Origin: Planctomycetota bacterium
GTDB taxonomy: Bacteria > Planctomycetota > MHYJ01 > JACQXL01 > JACQZI01
Direction: 5' to 3'
Length of the DNA stretch: 64,000 nt
Assembly (NCBI GenBank): GCA_016207825.1
Contig: JACQZI010000017.1
Span: forward strand, 15,478 to 79,477
Numbering within the stretch: position 1 is the stretch's first letter; each line of letters starts with the position of its first letter. The position numbers and the translations under genes were made by a program. Under the pieces are notes generated by a model. That model saw only the letters and a list, made by a program, of their open reading frames with translations, was not told the DNA's origin and did no database searches. This document shows positions 1 to 8,089 of the stretch, piece after piece.

Positions 1-1
1 G

Positions 2-328
2 CATCCGCAAACGCCACTGGCAACCACCCCGCGCCCGACGATTGAAAAAATGCTGAAAATCATCGCCAAGGCGCGCATCATGAATCCGGATGCCCGGATA
101 CTCGTCACCACCGCGCTGGAAACCTTGGATAAAGAGAACGCGGCTCGTGACGGGCTTATGGCAGGCGCAAATTCGCTTATGATAAACGTCACCCCTCCCA
201 AATACCGCAAATTATACGATATCTATCCCCAAAGATTCGGGACGGATTTGGAGGTCCAGGAACATATCAACCGGGCAATCGAATTATTGAAATCACTGGG
301 ACGCGCCCCAACTGATTTGAGCGTATGA
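2..328 (+). CDS. radical SAM protein, BioB/HydE-like C-terminal portion (5' end outside window)
   Basis: Open frame runs from the window start to TGA at 326-328. The C-terminal sequence resembles the biotin synthase/HydE family. The stop overlaps the next gene's ATG (ATGA). Confidence 0.4.
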   Translation, partial: HPQTPLATTPRPTIEKMLKIIAKARIMNPDARILVTTALETLDKENAARDGLMAGANSLMINVTPPKYRKLYDIYPQRFGTDLEVQEHINRAIELLKSLGRAPTDLSV

Positions 329-711
329 TTATAGGTATAGGAATAGACTTGGTCAAAATCCGCCGTATTAATAAATTGATACGCTCATCAAGCCTTCCCA
401 AAATATTCACCCCAAATGAAATAAAATACTGCAAATCCAAAAAGAACCAGGCAGAATCATTTGCCGCGCGGTTTGCCGCCAAGGAGGCATTCCTTAAGGC
501 AATCGGCACCGGCTGGGGCACATCCAAAAGCCCTCACTTTTCCCAAATAGAAGTTGTCAGGAACAATAAATCCCCTTTTCTATCCCTAAAACTAACCGGC
601 AAAGCCAGGGAAATCGCCATGAAACTAAAAGTTAATAAAATCCATCTTTCCGTGGCTCATTCAGGAGAATATGCTATTGCCGTGGTGATACTGGAAGGCA
701 AATCACAATAA
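325..711 (+). CDS. acpS: holo-[acyl-carrier-protein] synthase (4'-phosphopantetheinyl transferase)
   Basis: The N-terminus MIIGIGIDLVKI and the FAAKEAFLKAIGTG motif are typical AcpS. The length is ~128 aa. Confidence 0.85.
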   Translation: MIIGIGIDLVKIRRINKLIRSSSLPKIFTPNEIKYCKSKKNQAESFAARFAAKEAFLKAIGTGWGTSKSPHFSQIEVVRNNKSPFLSLKLTGKAREIAMKLKVNKIHLSVAHSGEYAIAVVILEGKSQ

Positions 712-1362
712 CTTTGTCTTATTGATAACCAGCTTGAACTCACACCCCAGAAGTTTGGCGGCTTTCTGGCTGACGACCATCCGGCTCATGAATATTTCAA
801 AATATTCCATCACCTTGGAAATTCGCGTATCAATCACCAGTTCCATTGTTATCTTTTTGCGCTTTTTATCAATCTTGACATGGGACTCTTTAACCGCATA
901 ATTTACCCGGTCGTGGATATCAAAATCTATCTCCTTCATCGTCCGGACGCGCGAGCGGTGGACATCCGATTTATCCGCAATGATTACCGCCGCGGAAATA
1001 GAATTAACCGGCTCGCCTTTTTCTTCATCATGATTACCCACAGCCGCAACCACCTGGGCAATATCTTTGTAATCGGCTTTCAGGTCTTTCAAAATATGAT
1101 AGACCAAAAACGCCCCATCCTGCCCATGGTCATGGCGGTTTATCGCGTTTCCAATATCATGCAAATATCCGGCAACTTCACCCATGTCCCGCATTTTTTT
1201 ATTAAATCCGAGTGACTTAAGGATATGCCCTGTTCTCATGGCAACCAATTCGGCATGCCTTATTCCGTGCTCGGTATACCCGATGGCTCCGAGGTTGGCA
1301 TTGGCAACCTCCATAAAAGCCTTTGTTTGCGGGTGGTTTATAACTTCTTTCAACGTAACCAT
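703..1362 (-). CDS. HD-domain metal-dependent phosphohydrolase
   Basis: Carries the H...HD motifs (GIRHAELV, YLHDIG) of the HD superfamily. It is transcribed divergently from prfB. Confidence 0.7.
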   Translation of the reverse strand: MVTLKEVINHPQTKAFMEVANANLGAIGYTEHGIRHAELVAMRTGHILKSLGFNKKMRDMGEVAGYLHDIGNAINRHDHGQDGAFLVYHILKDLKADYKDIAQVVAAVGNHDEEKGEPVNSISAAVIIADKSDVHRSRVRTMKEIDFDIHDRVNYAVKESHVKIDKKRKKITMELVIDTRISKVMEYFEIFMSRMVVSQKAAKLLGCEFKLVINKTKLL

Positions 1363-1505
1363 GCCCTAACTTATATTATTATTTCTCCTTCGTGTAAAGG
1401 ATTTTTATTGCCTTTTTAATTACGTGATGTTAATATATGGAATTATCCCATACCTCCGGTATGGGACGCCCTATCCATATACGGGAATGGGCGAAGGAGA
1501 ATAAA

Positions 1506-2607
1506 ATGATGACTCTCAATGAATTGCGCGAAAAACTGCAGAAAATCCATGAACGGCTGGCTATATTGGGAGATTCTCTTTGACCTGCCCGGCAAAGAAA
1601 AAGAGCTAACACTAATCGAGCAGGAAATGGCGCAACCGGGTTTCTGGGGCAACCAGACCGCTGCCCAGGAAAAAGTCAACCGCTTAAAGATTCTTAAAAC
1701 TATCGTGCTGCCTTATCACAAACTGGAAAAAGAAAGCGCCGACAACCTAGAATTATCCGCCTTGGCAACCGAAAGCGGAGGCGAGAAAATTCTGGATGAG
1801 CTTGTTGCCGGGATATCCCCGCTGGAAAAATCGCTCGAACACCTGGAATACCAGCTATATTTAAACGGCCCTAACGACCAGAAGAATATCTTTTTAAGCA
1901 TCCATGCGGGCACCGGCGGCACGGACGCCTGCGACTGGGCGGCCATGCTTTTAAGGATGTACCTAAGGTGGCTTGATAAAAACAATTACGAAAGCCAGAT
2001 TATCGATTCGCTGGATGGGGACAGCGCCGGCATCCGGCACGCCACGGTTTATGCCAAAGGGCCTTACGCTTTCGGCTTCTTGAAATCGGAAATCGGCGTG
2101 CATAGATTGGTCCGCATTTCCCCTTTCGACTCCAATAAGCGCCGCCATACATCCTTTGCCGCTATTGATATCGTGCCTGAAATGGAAACGGAAGAACTTG
2201 ATATTAACGAAAATGATATCAGAATTGATACCTACAGCGCCGGCGGTCCGGGCGGGCAGCACGTGAACAAAACCACCTCAGCTGTCAGGATTACCCATCT
2301 CCCGACCGGCATCATCGTCCAGTGCCAGAACGAGCGCTCCCAGCATTCCAATAAACAAACCGCCTTTAAACTGCTCGCCTCCAAGCTGAACGCCTTGAAG
2401 CAAAAGGAAAAGGAGGATGAGTTCAAGAAAATCTACGGGGAAAAAGGTGAAATCGCCTGGGGTTACCAGATACGCTCTTACGTCCTCCAGCCTTACACCC
2501 TGGTCAAAGACCACAGGACGGAAGTGGAAAACGGGAATGTCAACGCAGTTCTGGACGGTGATTTGGATATGTTCATAGAAGCTTATTTACAGACGAAGAA
2601 AAAATAA
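1506..2607 (+). CDS. prfB: peptide chain release factor 2 with programmed +1 ribosomal frameshift (frame 0 1506-1580, then +1 frame 1582-2607)
   Basis: The 0-frame ORF from ATG 1506 (GGAG RBS) hits TGA at 1581 within CTT TGA C. The +1 frame continues as ...LFDLPGKEKE... and contains the SAGGPGGQHVNKT (GGQ) motif. A GGGAG Shine-Dalgarno-like element lies ~7 nt upstream of CTT. Confidence 0.9.
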
Positions 2608-2608
2608 T

Positions 2609-3787
2609 ATGTGGATAAACCGGTTGTTGTTAGTTTGCCTCGCAGCCGTCCTGGTTGCATGCCCGCCCGGATGCGGCAAAGGCAATTCGGAAGAGGGGGA
2701 AACAAAAATCATCACTCTAGGCGCATATTATTTCCCGATGAACCCGGGAAAGAACAACCTACGCCAGAAACTGGTCCCGGAACAACTGCCCCTTTTGGGC
2801 AATTACGACTGCCGCGCTGAAACAACCTTAAAACAACATCTCCTGTGGGCAAACCAAGCAGGGATTAATTTCTTCCTGATGCACTGGTGGGGTCAGAGCA
2901 CCACCACGGATAACACCGTTAAAAGCTTTTCCGACAACCTCACTAAAGAAAAGTCGGCGGTTAAATTTTGCATCTCTTACATGACCCCGTATATCCATAA
3001 AACACTGAACTTCGAAACCGCCTTGGACCAAACCTGCGAAGGACAAATGGTCGCCAATTTCATCTATTTAGCCCAGGCTTATTTCAAGCATCCGAATTAT
3101 TTCCGCATTAATAATAAACCGGTCGTTTTCCTTTACCTCTCACGGCTTTTGAAAAGCGATAAAGGCGATTACCATAAGGCGTTTTCCAGAATCAGGACGC
3201 TCGTCAAGGATAAAACAGAAGACGAGCTTTATCTTATCGGCGATGAGGTCTTCTGGAACGAGCCCAAGCAAACCAGAATCAATGAACTGGACGCCGTCAC
3301 GGCTTATAACATGTATGGCCCGGTCCGCTACAGCGGTTATGCGGAAGAAAGCGGGATTCTCAAGGATATGGACGAAGTTTTCGCCTCTTATAAAAAGTCA
3401 GCGCAAACTCTAAGCAAAGGCTTTATCCCTGCAGTCATGCCCGGCTTTAACGACCGCGGCGTGCCGGAAGCGGAAAGGCTGAAGTTCCAAGAAACACATT
3501 ATATCATCCCGCGCCTGGTTTCCGTGGCAAACCAGGAAGAAGGTTCTTTTTACCGTGCTTATTTCCGGCTGGCTAAAAAGCATATCGACCCGAACCTGAA
3601 TATTATCCTAATCAATTCCTGGAACGGATGGGAAAGCGACACCCAGATAGAACCGGTAAAAAGCTTCGTGGTCGGCACCAAACACCCGCCAGAACTGACC
3701 GGTGGTTATGAATATAACCCCTACGGGGATACGTATTTGAATATCACCAGGGAAGAAAAAATCCTTAAAATAGATAAACAGGAGTAA
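2609..3787 (+). CDS. putative lipoprotein, glycoside-hydrolase-like TIM-barrel protein
   Basis: Signal peptide with lipobox (LVAC). I tentatively read a glycosyl hydrolase-like fold; the family is uncertain. Confidence 0.35.
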   Translation: MWINRLLLVCLAAVLVACPPGCGKGNSEEGETKIITLGAYYFPMNPGKNNLRQKLVPEQLPLLGNYDCRAETTLKQHLLWANQAGINFFLMHWWGQSTTTDNTVKSFSDNLTKEKSAVKFCISYMTPYIHKTLNFETALDQTCEGQMVANFIYLAQAYFKHPNYFRINNKPVVFLYLSRLLKSDKGDYHKAFSRIRTLVKDKTEDELYLIGDEVFWNEPKQTRINELDAVTAYNMYGPVRYSGYAEESGILKDMDEVFASYKKSAQTLSKGFIPAVMPGFNDRGVPEAERLKFQETHYIIPRLVSVANQEEGSFYRAYFRLAKKHIDPNLNIILINSWNGWESDTQIEPVKSFVVGTKHPPELTGGYEYNPYGDTYLNITREEKILKIDKQE

Positions 3788-3789
3788 TT

Positions 3790-4566
3790 ATGTTCATCGT
3801 TGGAATAGATATCGGCGCTTCAGCCACCAAGGCGGTGATAATCGACCCGGCAAAAAAGATTATTGCCTCACACATCCACAAAACAGGCATAGACTTAACA
3901 GAAGCCAGCCAGACTGCTTATCACGAATTGCTCCACACCTCAAGGCTTAAACCCAGTGATATCAGCCTGATTGCCGCCACCGGATTCGGCAGGAACAACG
4001 TCACTTATGCCGACCGCACCATCACGGAAATCACCTGCCATGCCGTAGGCGCTTACCACTATTTTCCAAGAGCCATAACCGTGATAGATATCGGCGGGCA
4101 GGATAATAAAATCATCAAGGTTGACGAAAAGGGTTTGGTCACGAATTTCAAGATGAACCGCAAATGCGCGGCAGGAACAGGCGCCTTTATCGAAGAAATC
4201 GCATTTAAAATAGACGTAACGGTATCGGAATTGAATGAGATTGCGCGGGAGTCAACCAAAGATGTGGAAATCGGAAGCTTTTGCACGGTCTTTACCGCGA
4301 CGGAAATACTCGCCAAAATACGCGCCGGAGAGAAAAAGGAAGATATCATCCGCGGCGTATTCCTGGCCGTGGCAAAAAGAGTCATTGAAATGGATACGCT
4401 GGAAGGAGAAATCGTCCTGACCGGCGGCGTGGTGGCCTATAATGATATCATGATATCCATTTTCAGCACCATGCTGAATAAACCCGTCCTGGTCCCGCCC
4501 GAACCGCAGTTAACCGGCGCATTAGGCGCGGCGCTCATCGGATTGAAAAACCTCGTGGATAAGTAA
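3790..4566 (+). CDS. BadF/BadG/BcrA/BcrD-type ATPase (CoA-substrate-specific enzyme activase, HgdC-like)
   Basis: Carries the GIDIGASATKAV N-terminal ATPase motif and the C-terminal LTGGVVAYN motif, consistent with the acyl-CoA dehydratase activase family. Confidence 0.7.
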   Translation: MFIVGIDIGASATKAVIIDPAKKIIASHIHKTGIDLTEASQTAYHELLHTSRLKPSDISLIAATGFGRNNVTYADRTITEITCHAVGAYHYFPRAITVIDIGGQDNKIIKVDEKGLVTNFKMNRKCAAGTGAFIEEIAFKIDVTVSELNEIARESTKDVEIGSFCTVFTATEILAKIRAGEKKEDIIRGVFLAVAKRVIEMDTLEGEIVLTGGVVAYNDIMISIFSTMLNKPVLVPPEPQLTGALGAALIGLKNLVDK

Positions 4567-4568
4567 AC

Positions 4569-5531
4569 ATGTCAAGCTATTTTAAGTTGTTCAATTCGGG
4601 CGAACTAGCAAAACGCGTCAGCCAAGCCAAAGAAATCTTAAAAGAATGCACCTTATGCCCGCGCGATTGCAAAACAGATAGGACTAAAGGCAACAAAGGT
4701 ATATGCAAGAGTGGAGTTGATGTGGTCATATCCTCAGCCGGACCTCATTATGGGGAAGAACCGCCTATATCTGGAGTTAAAGGATCTGGGACAATATTCT
4801 TTACCGGATGCAATATGCGCTGCCTCTTCTGCCAGAATTACCAGATAAGCCACCTTTATGAAGGGAAACCTATAACCATTGATGATTTGGCAAAGAAGAT
4901 GATTCACCTGCAAGACCTCGGATGCCATAATATCAACCTGGTTACACCAACCCACTTTCTCCCTCAAGTTCTGGAGGCGTTATCGATTGCCTGCGGACAG
5001 GGATTAAAGATACCGATTGTCTATAACACCAACGGATACGATACCGTTGAAACGCTCAATCTCCTTGACGGGATTGTGGATATCTACCTCCCTGACATAA
5101 AACACAGCGATGAAGAATCGGCAAAGTTATGTTCCGGGGTTTCCGATTATGTCAAACACAACAGGCCCGCGTTAAAGGAAATGTATAGACAGGTTGGGAA
5201 TTTGACGGTTGATGAAAATGGCATTGCCATCAGGGGATTAATCATCAGGCATCTGGTCCTGCCGGAAAGGCTGGCCGGGAGCTTTGCCTCTCTTGATTTT
5301 ATCTCTAAGGAATTATCTCCGGATACCTGTGTCGGCATTATGTCGCAGTATCATCCGTGTTACAAAGGCGAGACACACCCGACACTTAACCGGCGGATTA
5401 CGAACCGGGAATATGAAGAGGTGGTGGATTACGCGGAGAAGTTGGGGATGGAAAACTGTTTGGTGCAGTCTTTAACCAGCGCGGATAACTATCTGCCGGA
5501 CTTTAAGAAGGAAAAACCGTTCAGTAAATAG
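4569..5531 (+). CDS. radical SAM protein, pyruvate formate-lyase activase-like (PflX family)
   Basis: Carries the CNMRCLFCQN radical SAM cysteine motif plus an N-terminal Cys cluster (CTLCPRDC). Confidence 0.65.
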   Translation: MSSYFKLFNSGELAKRVSQAKEILKECTLCPRDCKTDRTKGNKGICKSGVDVVISSAGPHYGEEPPISGVKGSGTIFFTGCNMRCLFCQNYQISHLYEGKPITIDDLAKKMIHLQDLGCHNINLVTPTHFLPQVLEALSIACGQGLKIPIVYNTNGYDTVETLNLLDGIVDIYLPDIKHSDEESAKLCSGVSDYVKHNRPALKEMYRQVGNLTVDENGIAIRGLIIRHLVLPERLAGSFASLDFISKELSPDTCVGIMSQYHPCYKGETHPTLNRRITNREYEEVVDYAEKLGMENCLVQSLTSADNYLPDFKKEKPFSK

Positions 5532-5565
5532 TAGTTAGTGGACAGTTGTCAGTAAACAGAGAAAG

Positions 5566-5985
5566 ATGAGTATTTTTAACATCAGTCCGTTCAAGGAAAA
5601 GGCCTTGCTTGACCGCATGGCGCGGCTGGGAATCAAGGAAGCCGATTTAGAGGAGCAATTCATCCGCTCAGGGGGCCATGGAGGGCAGAATGTCAACAAG
5701 GTGGCGACTTGTGTCTACCTAAAGCACTTACCTACCGGGATAGAGGTCAAGTGTCAGCAGGAGCGCTCCCAGGCGCTTAACCGCTTCCTGGCAAGGCGTA
5801 TTCTGGCTGATAAGATCGAGAATATGATTCTGGGCAAGGCGAGCAAGGAAGAGCAGCGGAGGGAAAAGATACGGCGACAAAAACGCCGGCGCTCAAGGCG
5901 CGCCAAAGATAAGATGCTTCAGGATAAGAAATTGCATTCGTTGAAGAAGCAGAATCGTTCATTTAAACCGAACATGGACGGTTAG
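5566..5985 (+). CDS. arfB: alternative ribosome rescue factor ArfB (peptidyl-tRNA hydrolase, RF-like GGQ protein)
   Basis: A ~139-aa protein with [10 protein letters not shown] (GGQ) and a basic C-terminal tail ([15 protein letters not shown]). Confidence 0.8.
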   Translation: MSIFNISPFKEKALLDRMARLGIKEADLEEQFIRSGGHGGQNVNKVATCVYLKHLPTGIEVKCQQERSQALNRFLARRILADKIENMILGKASKEEQRREKIRRQKRRRSRRAKDKMLQDKKLHSLKKQNRSFKPNMDG

Positions 5986-6140
5986 CAGTGAATATACAAC
6001 GGGATTAAACGGATTTAGCGGGAATTAAGTAAGGTGGAGCTTGTCTAAAAACACTTTCCACCTATAACTACCCCTAATAATGCTACAAAATCTTAAATTA
6101 ATTCTTACTGCCCTATTTTTGTAAAATTCCGTTTTAAAAT

Positions 6141-6345
6141 CTCCACTCCTCCCTATGGACGGTTACTCCCTGCCGTATGAAGGGTCTATCCATACCGTAT
6201 AAACCATCCATCCCCGCCCAATAGAGGGTTACTCCATGCCGTACGAAACACTGCTCCCCGCCCTGCGGAATAACCATCCCCACCATACAGACCGCCCCTC
6301 CCTACCGTAGAAATACCCCATAGGGAGGGTGGGGATGGGGGGTAG
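6141..6345. repeat. 22-bp tandem repeat array (about 9 units; inverted copy of the array at 31962-32262)
   Basis: Periodic ggttactccctgccgtatgaag / ggtctatccataccgtataaac units, i.e. the reverse complement of ccgtacggtatgga. The terminal gtagggaggggcggtc matches the boundary of array 2. Confidence 0.8.
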
Positions 6346-6829
6346 TGGTCAGAGAGGTGGAAAATCGCCCCAATTTCTTATAAAACAAGGAGATACAACC
6401 CGGTGACTTCATAACATTCTTGTAAATATGGAGTTAGGCAGTCCGACGCATAAATTCACCATAAAAAGCGTTGTGGTTTTGCCATAAGAAGGGTGAAGGA
6501 AGACGGCGAACCACTAAGGATTCACCGCATGGAAATCGTAAAAATCTTCAAGGAAAAATAATTTTTCCATATAACCACCCCCCATACTTTCTAATTTGAT
6601 TATAGAGGGAGAGATAGTGAGGAAGGCTAAAAGGCTATGAGGCTAAGAGTAAGAAAATATGATAAATTTTAGGGGATTTATAAGATTTTATGTCACATTT
6701 AGCCTTTTTTGTCAATAGACTATGCAAGGGGATATGAAAATATGAAAAATTTTACCAAGAAAATGATTTTTCCTGTCAAAAGGGTGGGGGGTCAAACGCC
6801 TTATAGATAGAGGGGGAAATAAGAATATC

Positions 6830-6916
6830 ATGAATTTTACAGGAATTCCGATTTTTGGATGTCACATTCTGGGTTTTTCCGGGTTAGGTTATGGAAAGAG
6901 AAAGAAAGAAATATGA
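6830..6916 (+). CDS. short upstream ORF (28 aa, MNFTGIPIFGCHILGF...) whose stop overlaps the start of the following peptide gene
   Basis: ATG 6830 sits inside a conserved GGAATTCC-core element. The TGA at 6914-6916 overlaps ATG 6913-6915 (ATGA). I cannot tell whether it is translated. Confidence 0.3.
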   Translation: MNFTGIPIFGCHILGFSGLGYGKRKKEI

Positions 6917-7092
6917 AAAACGGATTAAATAAAGAATCAGTCAGATGGCCGTATCAGCAAAACGGAGGTGTCTGTGATAGCGTTGCGCGTCAGGTGTCAT
7001 GTGTTTGGCGCCAAGCACAGGATTCAGGACGTATGACGCCACGGGACGTTTTGCCGGCCAACTGGCGCTACATTTCGATTGGAGGTGAATAA
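6913..7092 (+). CDS. small Cys-rich peptide with PYQQNGG motif (copy 1 of duplicated cassette)
   Basis: MKNGLNKESVRWPYQQNGGVCDSVARQVSCVWRQ... is ~60% identical to the ORF at 63200. The start is chosen by alignment with the paralog. Confidence 0.55.
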   Translation: MKNGLNKESVRWPYQQNGGVCDSVARQVSCVWRQAQDSGRMTPRDVLPANWRYISIGGE

Positions 7093-7093
7093 A

Positions 7094-7888
7094 ATGAGTA
7101 CAATTAAAAGTCACGCGATGCTGATGATCGGCTGGCCACTGGATACGCCGGCGGATATGGGCGAAAAGTGGCTGGAAGGCATGAAAGCCAATGCGCTTCG
7201 TATCTACCAGAACATTTTAGCCAGAATTCCGGACAGCGGCAAGTTCCAGGAAAGGTTATCCGGTCCATCAAGCACGGGTTACGCGGGTTATGTGAATCCC
7301 GGTTTCGTTTCCAGAAGCGGAGACGAAAGTGGCGATATCCTGAACGGCCAGGTGGCAAACCTGCGGGATTCCTACGAGAAGTTCGTCCGGGGACTTGAAC
7401 ACGCCTTTGAAACCGTGGACGGGGTCGCTGCCAAGCGGTTCAAAGAGAAGGTGGAAAAGGCCAAGGAAAACTTCTTGGCGGGAATGGCCCGGCGCACGCT
7501 CATCTTCGGCGGAACAAGGGTAACGGGACGCGGCGCGGCGGCAATCGCCCCGCACTGGCTCGTGAATGACCTTCGGGTTATGGATTGGCTGAGAGCTGAC
7601 GACAAGGTGCTGGAAGGCGGACCCTTCAAGGTCTGCAAGACTTCCGACCGGTCGGCGTTCAAGGCGGCCCTGACCGAACGGCTCATCCAGGCGGGAATCC
7701 GGATTATCAAATCCGGGCTCTCCCATCCGGTTATCGACAAGGAGAACGACCAGACAAACGCGCTGGTGCAGAAGTTCATCGACCCTTCGCTGGGTCTTGA
7801 ATCTTTTGCCACCGGAGGATTATCCAGGCTTGATTTTATCAAGCAGGGTAACCGTTTGTTCCTGGAAATCCAGGTTTCACAAGTGTAG
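7094..7888 (+). CDS. conserved hypothetical protein, partner of the Cys-rich peptide (copy 1)
   Basis: GGAGG RBS then ATG 7094, 2 nt after the peptide stop. It shares ~35% identity over the central region (VDGVAAKRFK...GRGAAAIAPHW) with the ORF starting at 63385. Confidence 0.6.
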   Translation: MSTIKSHAMLMIGWPLDTPADMGEKWLEGMKANALRIYQNILARIPDSGKFQERLSGPSSTGYAGYVNPGFVSRSGDESGDILNGQVANLRDSYEKFVRGLEHAFETVDGVAAKRFKEKVEKAKENFLAGMARRTLIFGGTRVTGRGAAAIAPHWLVNDLRVMDWLRADDKVLEGGPFKVCKTSDRSAFKAALTERLIQAGIRIIKSGLSHPVIDKENDQTNALVQKFIDPSLGLESFATGGLSRLDFIKQGNRLFLEIQVSQV

Positions 7889-7960
7889 CCATCCCGACAC
7901 TTCGGTCGGGACGTCGCTACGCTCCGGGTGAGCCAGGTCTAAATCCGAATCGGTAAAGAA

Positions 7961-7998
7961 CAGGGGTGTTGGCAAGCCAACACCCCTGATTCTTTTCT
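7961..7998 (+). terminator. rho-independent terminator
   Basis: A 12-bp perfect stem aggggtgttggc/gccaacacccct with a 3-nt loop, followed by gattcttttctc. Confidence 0.6.
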
Positions 7999-8089
7999 CG
8001 GGCTAATTCTTTTTTATTGCCTTCCGCTTTATTAAATGGTTTATTATATTTTAATATATATTCATTTAATCAGTAAAGGACTTACTATT

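Noticed and set aside
267-1215. Antisense or embedded ORFs of 60-110 aa inside annotated genes, e.g. 267..527 -, 880..1215 + and many similar ones throughout the track
   Set aside because: They lie fully within longer, family-recognisable genes on the opposite strand or in another frame. They have no independent RBS and no recognisable motifs.
5986-6140. Possible tRNA or other small RNA gene in the arfB-array 1 spacer (hairpin ggtgga...tccacc at 6033-6062)
   Set aside because: I could not fold any segment into a cloverleaf with conserved T-loop or D-loop motifs by eye. A tRNAscan or Infernal run would be needed.
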